A DNA stretch of 64,000 nt, taken from NCBI GenBank assembly GCA_963708075.1, contig OY970194.1, positions 2,240,001 through 2,304,000 on the forward strand, written 5' to 3'. The notes under the pieces were generated by a model. That model saw only the letters and a program-made list of their open reading frames with translations, was not told the DNA's origin and did not search any database. Position 1 is the first letter of the stretch, and every line of letters starts with the position of its first letter. Below are positions 51,333 to 61,622 of the stretch, one piece after another. Source of the DNA: Sedimentisphaerales bacterium. GTDB lineage: Bacteria > Planctomycetota > Phycisphaerae > Sedimentisphaerales > Anaerobacaceae. Position numbers and translations under genes: made by a program.

Positions 51333-52487
51333 TCACTCGCCTCCTTCCACGTTGAACTCGATGCCCCGCAGTTTTCGTACCAGGGCTTGCCGGGCCTGAT
51401 CGAGCACGACCATCGTATTGTGGAACTCCCGGCGGACGGGGTAATTCTTCCGCAGCGAGTCGAAGAAACGCCCTCGCTTCTCCGGCGGCTGATCCACTAT
51501 CCGCCGGAGATCCCGGTCATCCCGCCTCACACTGTACACCTGCTCCACCGCGCGGGCGAGCAACTCCTCATCGGCCAGACCTTCCGTGTGCAGTTCCAGT
51601 CGCGGGACCTCCGGGGGCGGCAGGAAATCCCGCGTATCGAATCGCGGCTGCAAGTGGAAGTATTCACAGAAGGCTCTGTAGATCATCGTCATGCCGGCGA
51701 TTTTGCCATCGAGCGAATAGCCCGCGATGTGAGGCGTGCCGAGATCGACCGTTTCCAGCAACTCGGTGTCAATGTCCGGCTCGCCCTCCCAGACGTCGAG
51801 CACGACCGCCCGCAGTCGGCCGCTGCGGATCGCGGACTTCAGGGCCTCCGTGTCAACCACCGCCCCCCGTGATGCGTTCAGGAAGACCGCCCCGGGTTTG
51901 AGCGAAGAGAAGAATCCATCGCCGGCGAGGTGGAACGTCTTGTCGATGCCTTCGTGCGTTAAAGGCGTGTGAATCGTCAAACAGTCACAGCCATAGAGCG
52001 ACTCGACGGGCACGTACTTTGGGTCGCCGGTCTTGCGTTGCAGCGGCGGGTCGTTGCGCAGCACGCGCATGCCCAGGGCCTCGCACTTGCGGGCCACCCG
52101 GCTCCCGACATTCCCCACGCCGATGACGCCAATCGACTTACCCTCCAGTTGAATTCCGTGCTTTCGCCCCACTTCCAGCAAGGCGCCGATGATGTACTCG
52201 GCCGCGGAGTTGGCATTCGAGCCCGGCGCCGAGGCGAAGCCGATGTTGTTCTTTTCGAGATATGGCAGGTCCACGTGATCGAAACCAATCGTGGCCGTCG
52301 CGACAAAACGTACGCGGCTGCCGGAAAGCAATGCCTCATCGACTCGCGTGATGCTGCGAACCAGCAGCGCATCCGCAGCGGCGATCACTCCCGGCGTGAT
52401 GTCACGCCCGCCCAGGACCTCCACGTCCCCCACCGATGAAAAACACTCACGAACGAACGGAATATTGGCATCCGCCACGATCTTCAT
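51333..52487 (-). CDS. pdxB: 4-phosphoerythronate dehydrogenase
   Basis: MKIVADANIP, VRSITRV, TATIGFDH, GVGNVG, TPHIAGYS, LRKNYP.RREF. Confidence 0.93.
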   Translation of the reverse strand: MKIVADANIPFVRECFSSVGDVEVLGGRDITPGVIAAADALLVRSITRVDEALLSGSRVRFVATATIGFDHVDLPYLEKNNIGFASAPGSNANSAAEYIIGALLEVGRKHGIQLEGKSIGVIGVGNVGSRVARKCEALGMRVLRNDPPLQRKTGDPKYVPVESLYGCDCLTIHTPLTHEGIDKTFHLAGDGFFSSLKPGAVFLNASRGAVVDTEALKSAIRSGRLRAVVLDVWEGEPDIDTELLETVDLGTPHIAGYSLDGKIAGMTMIYRAFCEYFHLQPRFDTRDFLPPPEVPRLELHTEGLADEELLARAVEQVYSVRRDDRDLRRIVDQPPEKRGRFFDSLRKNYPVRREFHNTMVVLDQARQALVRKLRGIEFNVEGGE

Positions 52488-52493
52488 GCTACC

Positions 52494-53528
52494 TCACAAC
52501 CCAACGCCCGCGATTTGCGTCCCGCACTGCGGGCATTTGAAATCCTGGATATGATTCGCCACGATCCGGTAACCCATCCGCTCGATGAGCATTCGGCCGC
52601 AACTATGGCAATAGGTGTTCTCGGCGTCCGTGCCGGGCACGTTGCCGAGGTACACGTAATGCAGGCCGGCGGCCTTGCCGATCCGCTCCGCCCGCTGCAG
52701 CGACTCCAGCGGCGTCGGGCCGGAATCCGTGTACTTGTACTGCGGATAGAACCGGCTGATGTGCCAGGGGACATCGGGTCCGGCCTCCGTGACCAGCCAG
52801 TCAGCGAGCTTCTTCAACTCCTCTTCTGAATCGTTCTGGCCGGGCAGCAGGAGGGTCGTGATCTCGATCCAGATCTTCGTTTGTTTCGCGATATACGCAA
52901 TCGAGTCCAGCACCGGTTGAAGCCGGGCGCTGCACAGCTTCTTGTAGTAATCATCGGTGAACGCCTTGAGGTCCACGTTGATCGCGTCGAGCCAGTCAGC
53001 GGCGAAATCAATCGCCTCTCGCGTCATATAGCCGTTGCTGACGAAAACGTTGGCCAGTCCCCTCTCTTTGGCCGGCCGGGCGCAGTCGTTGCACAACTCC
53101 ATGAAGATCGTCGGCTCGGTGTACGTGTAAGCGATGCTCCTGCATCCGGTTCGGACGGCCGCCGTGACGATCTGCTCCGGCGACGTCTTCTCGCCGTCGA
53201 TCCGGCCGGTCTCGATGGCGGCCTGGCTGATCTGCCAGTTCTGGCAAAACTCACATCGGAAATTGCAGCCGATGGCGGCGATGGAGAAGCTTCGGCTGCC
53301 CGGCTGAAAGTGATAGAGCGGCTTCTTCTCGATGGGGTCGGGATTGGCCGCACAGATCTTGCCGTAGTTCAGCGAGTACAGCTTTTCGCCGATATTCTTA
53401 CGCACATAGCAGTGCCCCAGCTTGCCCTCGCCGATCAGGCAACGGAAATTGCACAGGTGGCATCGCACCCGCCGGCCCTCGGCAGGCTCCCAAAGCACCG
53501 CTTCCTTAAATAGTTCTGTCGGTTCCAT
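52494..53528 (-). CDS. amrS: AmmeMemoRadiSam system radical SAM enzyme
   Basis: DPIEKKPLYHF.PG, GCNFRCEFCQNWQISQ, IAYTYTEP, YVYLGNV. Confidence 0.92.
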   Translation of the reverse strand: MEPTELFKEAVLWEPAEGRRVRCHLCNFRCLIGEGKLGHCYVRKNIGEKLYSLNYGKICAANPDPIEKKPLYHFQPGSRSFSIAAIGCNFRCEFCQNWQISQAAIETGRIDGEKTSPEQIVTAAVRTGCRSIAYTYTEPTIFMELCNDCARPAKERGLANVFVSNGYMTREAIDFAADWLDAINVDLKAFTDDYYKKLCSARLQPVLDSIAYIAKQTKIWIEITTLLLPGQNDSEEELKKLADWLVTEAGPDVPWHISRFYPQYKYTDSGPTPLESLQRAERIGKAAGLHYVYLGNVPGTDAENTYCHSCGRMLIERMGYRIVANHIQDFKCPQCGTQIAGVGL

Positions 53529-53613
53529 ATGCCAGGGTTTACCATTCCACGGTACTATGCACAAGTGGGTGATTTCCTATGTCTCAGCGCGAACGCAAAA
53601 CGGCCTAACATGG

Positions 53614-53703
53614 CGGGTGGCAGCGTCAAGCGCAGCTTGGCGATGGCGACTGTCACACGCGCAGGACCATCGCCAAGGCCTTCGGCCTTGACGCTGCCAC
53701 CCG
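53614..53703. repeat. Inverted GGGTGGCAGCGTCAAG REP pair
   Basis: CGGGTGGCAGCGTCAAG ... CTTGACGCTGCCACCCG; relatives at 791, 5349, 46643 and 58578. Confidence 0.8.
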
Positions 53704-53790
53704 GCGAACGTCTTCAACACATCCATTGGTGGGACTCTGCAATCACCTGCACTTATGCGCCGAGAGACGCTGCCGGACGCCATTTCCCCA

Positions 53791-56652
53791 TCACAGCCCG
53801 TAGCTGCGGGCGATGAGCTTGACGGGGTGCGTGGCGACAGCGGGCGCGATGTGCTCGATCTGCATCTTGCAGGCGGCGCACTCCGTGATGATGTCCTGCG
53901 TCGGCGAGGCCTTGATGGCACTGCGCAGACTCTCGGAGATCTGCGCGCATAGATCATAATTCTTCGCCTGCATGCCGAACGTGCCGGCCAGGCCACAGCA
54001 GCCCGCACGCAGGTCCGCAACATCTACCTTGAAGTGCTCCTGCAACAGCCGCAACGTGACCGTGTCGTCGCCCAGCGCACACTGATGACACGGCAGGTGG
54101 TAGCCAAATTTGCCCGTGATCGCCTGCTGCGGGGCCTTGAGTTTGCCCTGACCTCGCAGGTCCAGCAGATAGGTCATCAGCTCACGGGTGTTCTGCGCGA
54201 CGAGCGTCGCGTCCTCGCCCGCGACATAATGGCGCAACTCCTCTTTCAGGCACAGGGCCGCACTGGGCTCGGAACAGACGATCTTGCAGCCGCCGCGCAC
54301 AGCCGCCGCAAGATGTCTCACGTTATATGCGAGATCGCGCCGCGCGGTCTTGACATTGCCATAGACGATGGCCGGCAGCGGAGCGGGCCGCTGCTCGGGC
54401 AGGATAACCTCCACGCCGTTGTGCCGCAGAACATCAAGAACGGCAAAGCCAAGCTCGTGGTCGTTGTAGTTGGCATACGTATCGACGAAGTACGCCACCT
54501 TGTCCACCGGCTCTACGATTGGCTCGCACGCGGCCAGGTACTTGCGGCCGGCTCCCAGGAATGAGCCTCGCACAAATCTCGGCATACTTCGCCGCGCGTC
54601 AATGCCTGCGACTTTCTCCAGCAGCCATTTCGAGGCGGGTAATCGCATCAGGACGTTCGAAAGAGGCGCGAACAGGCTGCCCATTCTGCTGAGATAGCGA
54701 TTACGACTCAGCACGAACTCAGGCCGGCGCGAGCCCTTGCGTTTGACATACTCGGCACGGGCCGCCGCCATCAGCGTCGAGACTGTGACCCCGGAGGGAC
54801 ACTCCCGCTCACACATCTTGCAGTTCACGCAGAGATCGAGAATCTTGCGGAACTCCGGCGACTCGAAGTCCTTCTCGTCAAGCTGCCCCGTCGCCCAGTA
54901 ATGGAGCAGATTCGCCTTGGCCCGGGAGCTGCCCAGCTCATCGCCCATCGCACGGAACACCGGGCACATGCGCAGCCCCGGCTCCCTGCCCAGGCACAGC
55001 CCGCATCCGTAACATTGCTCGAACTCCAGTTCCAGCTCGTTCGGCTTGAAGAGCATCTCCGACCTGGCCCTCTCGGGTCGAACGAGGTGTGCCCGGCGAA
55101 GGTCCTTGAACATCACGTCAGGGTCTTCATTGAGGATTTTGCCCGGGTTCATCAACGCCGCCGGATCGAATATCGTCTTGATCTTCTTCAGGATCTCGTA
55201 ATATTCGTCACCGTACTGCCGGCGGACAAATCCAGCGCGAATCAAGCCCACCGCGTGCTCCCCGCTGATGGTGCCTCCGAGGGACCATGCGAGCGAGTAC
55301 ACGTCCTCCGCAATCGCAAGCATCTTCTCGCGATCCCTGGGATCGCTCAGGTCGATGTACGGGCGTACATGCAGTTCCCCATCGCCGGCATGGCCGAAGA
55401 ACGACATCGTGATGTCATACTTCTTCGCGATTGTCTGGAGCCCGGCCAGGTAATCCGCGAGCTGCCTGTGGTCCACGCTGACGTCTTCCATGAACTCCGC
55501 CGGATGCTTGCGGCTGCGTCCCCGGTACAGCAAGGGCCCTGCGTCCTTGCGGGACTTCCAGGCGCGGGCCTGGGCCTTTGGCTCCATCATGATCGTCCGG
55601 CCGGCAGCTCTCTTGCCGACGGCCAGATCGGTCGCTCCGATCTTCTCGCGGACCTCGGTCTGCGAGCCTCCCACATGCTCGACCAGAAGCACGGCAGCCA
55701 CGCCGGCAGGAAGAATATCCCGGTACTGGGGAAGCTGATCGATGGCCATCCGGATCAGGGACTGATCCATCACCTCACACGCCGTCGGGTTGGTTCGAAT
55801 GATCGTCGGAACGGCCCGGGCCATGCTGTCCAGCGAGTCGAACTCCAACTGGAGAAGCCCCTTCACGGCCGGCAGAGGCACGGTCCGCAGACTGATGCTG
55901 GTGAGGATCGCCAGCGTCCCCTCCGAGCCGGCCAGAAGACGCGCCAGATCGATCGTATTGTCATAGCAGATCCCGGCGATATTGTAGCCGCAGCGGTTGC
56001 GTTTCGTGGCGGGCAGCGCCTTGTCGATGACGGCTTTGTTGGCGGTCAGCAGCGACCAGCATTCCCGGGCTATCGAGCCGGCCCTGTCCCCGCGCGCCTG
56101 CCCCACGTCCACCGCGTTGTGGAACTCCGCCGTCCCACCGCCGGCCAGCACGGCATCGACGCTCTCCACGAAGGCGCCGATGTGCCCGTACTGGAGAGAA
56201 TGGGAGCCAGTCGCGTTGTTCGCCACTACGCCGCCTACGGTCGCCCGGTTGGCGCTCGACGGATCGGGTCCGATCTTGCGGCCGAACTCCGCGAGCCGCT
56301 TGTTCAGATCATCCAGCACGACGCCCGGCTCGCAGGTCACAATCTCATCGGACATGCGGACAATCCGCTTCATATAGCGGGTCATGTCCAGGACGATCCC
56401 GCTGCACAGGGATTCGCCCGCCAGCCCGCTGCCCGCGCCCTGCGCCGCTACCGGCAGGCCCTCATTGGCCGCATACCGGACAATCGCCACAATCTCCCGC
56501 ACGTCGCGAGGCGCCACGACGCATTGCGGCACGATCCGGTAGCTGCTGGCGTCCGTGCTGAACGCGACGCGATGGATGATATCCGCAAATACATCCCCAC
56601 GGATAAGCTTCGTCAGATCGGCGGCGATTTGTGATGGCTCTTTCTGTCCCAT
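53791..56652 (-). CDS. FAD-binding and Fe-S oxidoreductase (GlcD/GlpC-type fusion)
   Basis: GSEGTL, GHAGDGELHVRP, GEHAVG, 4Fe-4S CxxCxxC motifs, CCG domains. Confidence 0.92.
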   Translation of the reverse strand: MGQKEPSQIAADLTKLIRGDVFADIIHRVAFSTDASSYRIVPQCVVAPRDVREIVAIVRYAANEGLPVAAQGAGSGLAGESLCSGIVLDMTRYMKRIVRMSDEIVTCEPGVVLDDLNKRLAEFGRKIGPDPSSANRATVGGVVANNATGSHSLQYGHIGAFVESVDAVLAGGGTAEFHNAVDVGQARGDRAGSIARECWSLLTANKAVIDKALPATKRNRCGYNIAGICYDNTIDLARLLAGSEGTLAILTSISLRTVPLPAVKGLLQLEFDSLDSMARAVPTIIRTNPTACEVMDQSLIRMAIDQLPQYRDILPAGVAAVLLVEHVGGSQTEVREKIGATDLAVGKRAAGRTIMMEPKAQARAWKSRKDAGPLLYRGRSRKHPAEFMEDVSVDHRQLADYLAGLQTIAKKYDITMSFFGHAGDGELHVRPYIDLSDPRDREKMLAIAEDVYSLAWSLGGTISGEHAVGLIRAGFVRRQYGDEYYEILKKIKTIFDPAALMNPGKILNEDPDVMFKDLRRAHLVRPERARSEMLFKPNELELEFEQCYGCGLCLGREPGLRMCPVFRAMGDELGSSRAKANLLHYWATGQLDEKDFESPEFRKILDLCVNCKMCERECPSGVTVSTLMAAARAEYVKRKGSRRPEFVLSRNRYLSRMGSLFAPLSNVLMRLPASKWLLEKVAGIDARRSMPRFVRGSFLGAGRKYLAACEPIVEPVDKVAYFVDTYANYNDHELGFAVLDVLRHNGVEVILPEQRPAPLPAIVYGNVKTARRDLAYNVRHLAAAVRGGCKIVCSEPSAALCLKEELRHYVAGEDATLVAQNTRELMTYLLDLRGQGKLKAPQQAITGKFGYHLPCHQCALGDDTVTLRLLQEHFKVDVADLRAGCCGLAGTFGMQAKNYDLCAQISESLRSAIKASPTQDIITECAACKMQIEHIAPAVATHPVKLIARSYGL

Positions 56653-56657
56653 GTCGT

Positions 56658-57542
56658 CTATTGCTCGAAATCCCTGGGTAGGAACTGTGATGTCGCCGCG
56701 GCCCCGGTCATTCGCAGCACGGCCAGATCGTCCTCGCTGACCTGACCATTGATGAACTGCTGCACCACCGGATGGGGGTGGTTACGGATATAGTCGGCGT
56801 CCCCGTCCGCAATGATTTTCCCGTTGTGCAGCATGATGATCCGGTCCGCCACTTTGTACGCACTTTTCATATCGTGGGTCACCACGACGGTGGTCACGCC
56901 CAGTTCCCGCTCCAGCTTGAGGATGAGCTCGTTGATGATATCCGAGCGAATCGGGTCCAGGCCCGTCGTCGGCTCATCGTACAGGATCACCTCGGGATTG
57001 AGGGCAATCGCGCGGGCCAGGGCCACCCGCTTTCGCTGGCCGCCCGAGAGACTGGCCGGATAGTAGTTCTGAAAACCGTCCAGCCCAACCATCGCCAGCT
57101 TCGCCTTTACGAGCTCATCGATCTCCCGCGAGCTCCTCATCCTGTGATGTTGCTGGATCGGGAACAGGATATTCTCCGCGACGGTCATGCTGTCGAAGAG
57201 CGCTCCTTCCTGAAAGAGGTACCCGAAGTGCGTGCGCACATCCTCCAGCTCATGCTCGCTCAGGTTGTCCACCCGCCGGCCCTTGAAGAGCACCTCGCCT
57301 TCGGACGGCCGGATCAGAACGATGAAATGCTTGATCAGCACGGTCTTGCCGCAACCGCTCGGGCCGATCACGACGGTCGTTTTGCCCTTCTCGATCGACA
57401 GCGATATGTTGTCGAGGACAAGCTTCTCGCCGAACCTCTTGGTCAGGTTGCGGGCCTCAAGGATCGCTTCCGACCGGCCGTTCCCGTGCCCCTGGTTGTT
57501 ATCGCCCGTCATACCATCCAAAACCGGCTCTCCATGATTCAC
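56658..57542 (-). CDS. ABC transporter ATP-binding protein, MlaF/Mkl family
   Basis: GPSGCGKT, FQEGALFDS, LSGGQRKRV, YDEPTTGLDP; GTG start overlaps the permease stop. Confidence 0.92.
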   Translation of the reverse strand: MNHGEPVLDGMTGDNNQGHGNGRSEAILEARNLTKRFGEKLVLDNISLSIEKGKTTVVIGPSGCGKTVLIKHFIVLIRPSEGEVLFKGRRVDNLSEHELEDVRTHFGYLFQEGALFDSMTVAENILFPIQQHHRMRSSREIDELVKAKLAMVGLDGFQNYYPASLSGGQRKRVALARAIALNPEVILYDEPTTGLDPIRSDIINELILKLERELGVTTVVVTHDMKSAYKVADRIIMLHNGKIIADGDADYIRNHPHPVVQQFINGQVSEDDLAVLRMTGAAATSQFLPRDFEQ

Positions 57543-58351
57543 GTAACTATGCTCGTAAGCGGCCAGAAGATCTCGTAGATGTTCTTGGCAATCACCGCAA
57601 TCGCAAAATCCAGGGCCAGGATCGAGATGAAGCTGGCGACAAACGCCTCTGTACAGGCCTGTCCGACCCCATGAGCGCCTTCCTTGCAGGTAAAGCCCTT
57701 GTAGCAGCTTATGGCGGCAATGGCCCCGCCGAAGAAGAATGCCTTGATGATCCCAATGGAAACATCCCACATCGCCACGGCCGAAGCGCTGTGGTTCCAG
57801 TACGCGCGGCTGTTGATCCCCAACTGGAGGAAGCTGACCAGCGCGCCGCCGACGACGCCCATGAGGTCCGCGAAGACGGTCAGCACCGGCGTAAGCAGCA
57901 GGCTGGCCAGGAGCCGGGGTGCGACAAGATAGCGAATCGGGTCTGTTCCCATGCTTCGGACGGCAGCGATCTGCTCGGTAACGTTCATCGTTCCGAGCTC
58001 CGCCGTCAGCGCCCCGCCGATGCGACCGGCCAGCATGACCGCCGCCAGCACGGGCCCCAGCTCTTTGACCACGGAGATATTGATCAGCACCCCCAAGTGC
58101 TCCTCCAGTCCCATGCCCGCAAGCTGATCGTACGCCTGGACCGCCAGCGTCATGCCTACGAATGCGCCGGTGATCATGACCACCGGAACGCTGCGCACCC
58201 CGATGAAGAACATCTGGTTCCAGATGAGTGGATAGGTGCGGCGATGAACGAAACTGCGTGCCGAGGTGGCCGTTGCCCGCCAGGCAAATCGCCCGAAACG
58301 ACCGGCGTCGATTACTTCCTGGACGGTTCTTGATCCAAGCGATGTCAGCAT
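57539..58351 (-). CDS. ABC transporter permease, MlaE family
   Basis: ELGPVL...AGRIG....AELGTM.VTEQI.A. Confidence 0.92.
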   Translation of the reverse strand: MLTSLGSRTVQEVIDAGRFGRFAWRATATSARSFVHRRTYPLIWNQMFFIGVRSVPVVMITGAFVGMTLAVQAYDQLAGMGLEEHLGVLINISVVKELGPVLAAVMLAGRIGGALTAELGTMNVTEQIAAVRSMGTDPIRYLVAPRLLASLLLTPVLTVFADLMGVVGGALVSFLQLGINSRAYWNHSASAVAMWDVSIGIIKAFFFGGAIAAISCYKGFTCKEGAHGVGQACTEAFVASFISILALDFAIAVIAKNIYEIFWPLTSIVT

Positions 58352-58705
58352 ACGGCAATCCGATTACGACAGGCAAGAAACACCGTGGCCGAATCCATTT
58401 TCAGCCATCGCATGGAGTTGTTTCTAACCCCTGTGTACGTTGTTGTCAAGGGATGGTAGTGCACACCGCGAAATAGGCGAGGCATGACATTTCGCAAGAT
58501 CCGGGCCGATGGGAAGCGGGCAGGATGACCTTTAGCCCGTGCGGATGGTTTGGCAATCGCCAGGGTACAGGAGCTCCGGGTGGCACGGGCAGACTCGTTT
58601 GCCCGTGGGGTCTCGAATGGACTGGGCCAATCGAAACAGCACCGTCAAACGAGTTGGGCGGCGCCACCCGGCGTACTTGGGCGTTTCGTCAGGCAATGCA
58701 GCGAC

Positions 58706-59806
58706 CTATGGCCGGCTGGCCTCCTGGCCCCGTGAGGGCATGAACACCCGCACCGTGTTCTTGCCGGACTGCTTCGCACTGTAGAGCGCCCGGTCCGACC
58801 GGCTGGTAATATCCTCCGGGCTTACATCCGGGCCGTATTGCCCCACGCCAACGCTGACCGACAACGGGATTTGCGTCCGTTGCCAAACCACCGGGGCGCC
58901 GGAAACGGCATCGACAAGCCGCTCCGCAACGACTACGGCATCTTCCAGGGCCGTGCTGGGCAGGATCACCGCGAATTCATCGCCTCCGTAGCGGGCCGCC
59001 AGATCGATCTGGCGGATGCAATCACGGATGTGCCGGCTTACTTCCTTGATGACCTTATCGCCGGCCCGGTGGCCGTACGTATCGTTGATTACCTTGAGGT
59101 TGTCGATATCCGCCATCATCAGCGAGATCGTCCCGCCGTATCGCCGGGACCGCCACAGCTCTTTCTCCAGCGCCTCATAGAAGGTCTTGTGATTGACCAG
59201 ACCGGTCAGGCCGTCCATTGTCGCCTGACGCTGGATCCGCTCAAACAGCTTGATGTTCCCGATGGATGCCCCGATGAGCTGTCCGAATAGCTCGATCAGG
59301 GAGATATCCTCCCGGGTGAAGGCGCCCGCGTCCGCCTTATCCGCCAGGTTCAACACGCCGACAACCCGCTCCTGACAGACGAGCGGTACGATCGCGCAAT
59401 TGGTGGTCTCGTAGTTCCCCGCAAAGGCTCGCTGCGACCGTCTGATCACCGGTTTCGTATGCGTGTCGATGTTGCCGGTCAGGATCAGCTCCTTGCTCTT
59501 GATCGCCATAACCATCGGCGACGGCGGGCTTTGGCTCAGTGAGACGATCCTGTTTATGGGAAACGGGTGGTTGTGGCCGACCAGATGCAGGATGCTGCCA
59601 GTCTCGTCCAGCATATACAACGAGGCGAACCGTGTGCCCACCATGGAGGGGATCTTCTTGACGCATGCGTCTGCGACGCGATGAATATCAAGGCAGTTGA
59701 TCTGCCTCGCCAGCGGAGTCACTTGCTCCAACAGAGTGGCCTTGCCGGCACAGGCAACCACGCTTTCCGTGGATTTGCTGTCTTCGCTCATCATCCTATC
59801 TGCCAT
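58706..59806 (-). CDS. GAF-GGDEF diguanylate cyclase
   Basis: DGLTGL.N, D.DNLK.INDTYGH, RQID I-site, RYGGDEF. Confidence 0.92.
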   Translation of the reverse strand: MADRMMSEDSKSTESVVACAGKATLLEQVTPLARQINCLDIHRVADACVKKIPSMVGTRFASLYMLDETGSILHLVGHNHPFPINRIVSLSQSPPSPMVMAIKSKELILTGNIDTHTKPVIRRSQRAFAGNYETTNCAIVPLVCQERVVGVLNLADKADAGAFTREDISLIELFGQLIGASIGNIKLFERIQRQATMDGLTGLVNHKTFYEALEKELWRSRRYGGTISLMMADIDNLKVINDTYGHRAGDKVIKEVSRHIRDCIRQIDLAARYGGDEFAVILPSTALEDAVVVAERLVDAVSGAPVVWQRTQIPLSVSVGVGQYGPDVSPEDITSRSDRALYSAKQSGKNTVRVFMPSRGQEASRP

Positions 59807-60028
59807 TTATCTGACTTGTGATCGTGTCCGTTGTCGTTGCCGCTTCTCTATCGTCCATTCTCTCGCGCCCATTTGGAAAAAATCCCGCACCCCCTTCATA
59901 GTCGTGGAGGTTGCGAAATCACGCAGTAGTTATAGGCCCTCTTCTGTCGGCTTGACTGCCGCACGAGTCGGTCCCGCCACCACATCGATCCCAACTCATC
60001 TTTTTTAAAAAATTCGCCCGAAAAAGTG

Positions 60029-60057
60029 TTGACAAGGTTGTGACATTCGCCTATTTT
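60029..60057 (+). promoter_or_regulatory. Putative sigma70 promoter
   Basis: TTGACA-N17-TATTTT with an AT-rich upstream tract. Confidence 0.5.
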
Positions 60058-60396
60058 GCGTTTTACAAAACGTAAAAGACGTTTGGCTTCAGAAGACTTG
60101 CAGGTTTGGTGTGCCGTAGGTCGCAGCGTCGGATCGCAATGTGTCACGAGGCGGTTGCGGTTTCCGCTAAGCGTCACGGATGTGTCACGATGCGTTTGGG
60201 AAGTGGGAGGTTGCGTTTGTTTCACCGTATTCCCCGGCCCTGGTTGGACAGAGGATCATTGATGGAGGTCTCCGCAGTTGCCGTCACATGCCATCGAGGT
60301 CACCGTTCCTCCCGCTTTGCGGACAGGTTCCCGTCGGAATCTGAGGGGCGTGGTTTCAAAGGTTATTGGACCGTGCACGACGCAACCGCGTGAGCT

Positions 60397-60777
60397 ATGC
60401 CCATGATGTGGAATCATGAGACTCATACGTTGAAGGTCCCGGCGAAACGCTATCGGATCGGAGAGCTTGTTCGCTACAGCCCCTTCTCCCGTCAGACGAT
60501 CCACAACTATACCATCATGGGGCTCATTCGCGAGGCGGAGTGGACGCAGGGCGGCCACCGGCTTTACGACGAATCCGTGTTCGACCGGCTTTCGCGAATC
60601 ATGGAGATGAAGAAGACGAAAAGCCTCACCGAGATCCGGCGGATCCTCACTGATGAGGAGAAAGCCTCTCAATCTTCGGTGGAGGATCGCAGGAATACCC
60701 TCGGCAGTCCCCTGACGTTGGAGGACTCGGGCCACACGGATGTGGACCGGACTGCACACGAAGAACGCAGATGCTGA
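60397..60777 (+). CDS. MerR-family HTH protein
   Basis: YRIGEL...SRQTIHNY...GLI....T.GGHRLY. Confidence 0.85.
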   Translation: MPMMWNHETHTLKVPAKRYRIGELVRYSPFSRQTIHNYTIMGLIREAEWTQGGHRLYDESVFDRLSRIMEMKKTKSLTEIRRILTDEEKASQSSVEDRRNTLGSPLTLEDSGHTDVDRTAHEERRC

Positions 60778-61108
60778 GAACATAATTGAAGTGCGTGACG
60801 GAAGAACAGGCCCGCGGGAGCGATGACCTTGGATGGTTGCAGCTCGCCGGGTGATTCAAGGAAGACCGAAAGGATCAAGGATGGTGCATGCGGCTTCATC
60901 TCTACCGGGTGGTTTCCGTTCTCTTCAGTTCTTCACACCGGACACTATCGCGGTACAGGACCACCCGAGGTCCGCGCCCCCTCTTCGGGTCAGACACCTA
61001 TCCTTACCTTTGATCCACGTGAATTCGTCGCATGACGAGACATCGTTCAGCCTGCGTTGCCGAACGATTGGTGCATAGGACTGTGAGGACTTGCTTGAGG
61101 GGACGCCT

Positions 61109-61600
61109 ATGGACTTGCTATCGTTCATCCCAGACAACGTCACTGAGGTCCTGGTAAAGATTGTCCAGTTCACGGAGCTGCGCCGCGGCATCCTGAACGG
61201 GAATATACGGGGCATGGACACGCCGGGCTACATACCCCGGGATTTGCCCGTCGTCGAGTTTGCCGAGTTGCTCCACGTAGCCATCAGCGAGCACCTTCAA
61301 TATCAGCGACTCCTGTTTCGGGACACGGCAAACATCACCTTTGGAGATGGCGGCACAATGCGCATCCATCCCGTCGCGGATGACCACGCCGCTGCCCTTC
61401 TCAAGGCAAACCCCGATGAATATCTGAACCTGCAGATCAACAGGCTTGTGGAGAATTACCTGAACGGCAAGGTGGCGCAGGAGCTGATACAGCGACACTC
61501 CGGAATGCCCTGCTGCCCGCCTAACGTGGATTCTGCCAATGTGGTGGCGACCGACGCGTCCCCGGAGGACCTGTCGTCACGCCAAGCGGCAACGGACTGA
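61109..61600 (+). CDS. Divergent FlgB-like protein
   Basis: RR.IL.GNI..MDTPGY.PRDL resembles the FlgB N-terminal motif; next to flhG and fliA. Confidence 0.55.
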   Translation: MDLLSFIPDNVTEVLVKIVQFTELRRGILNGNIRGMDTPGYIPRDLPVVEFAELLHVAISEHLQYQRLLFRDTANITFGDGGTMRIHPVADDHAAALLKANPDEYLNLQINRLVENYLNGKVAQELIQRHSGMPCCPPNVDSANVVATDASPEDLSSRQAATD

Positions 61601-61622
61601 GCGGAGACATCGCAGGAAAGCT

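Noticed and set aside
57543..58376. 572-aa fused ABC ATPase
   Set aside because: The N-terminal half is an alternative frame of the MlaE permease; the ATPase starts near 57542.
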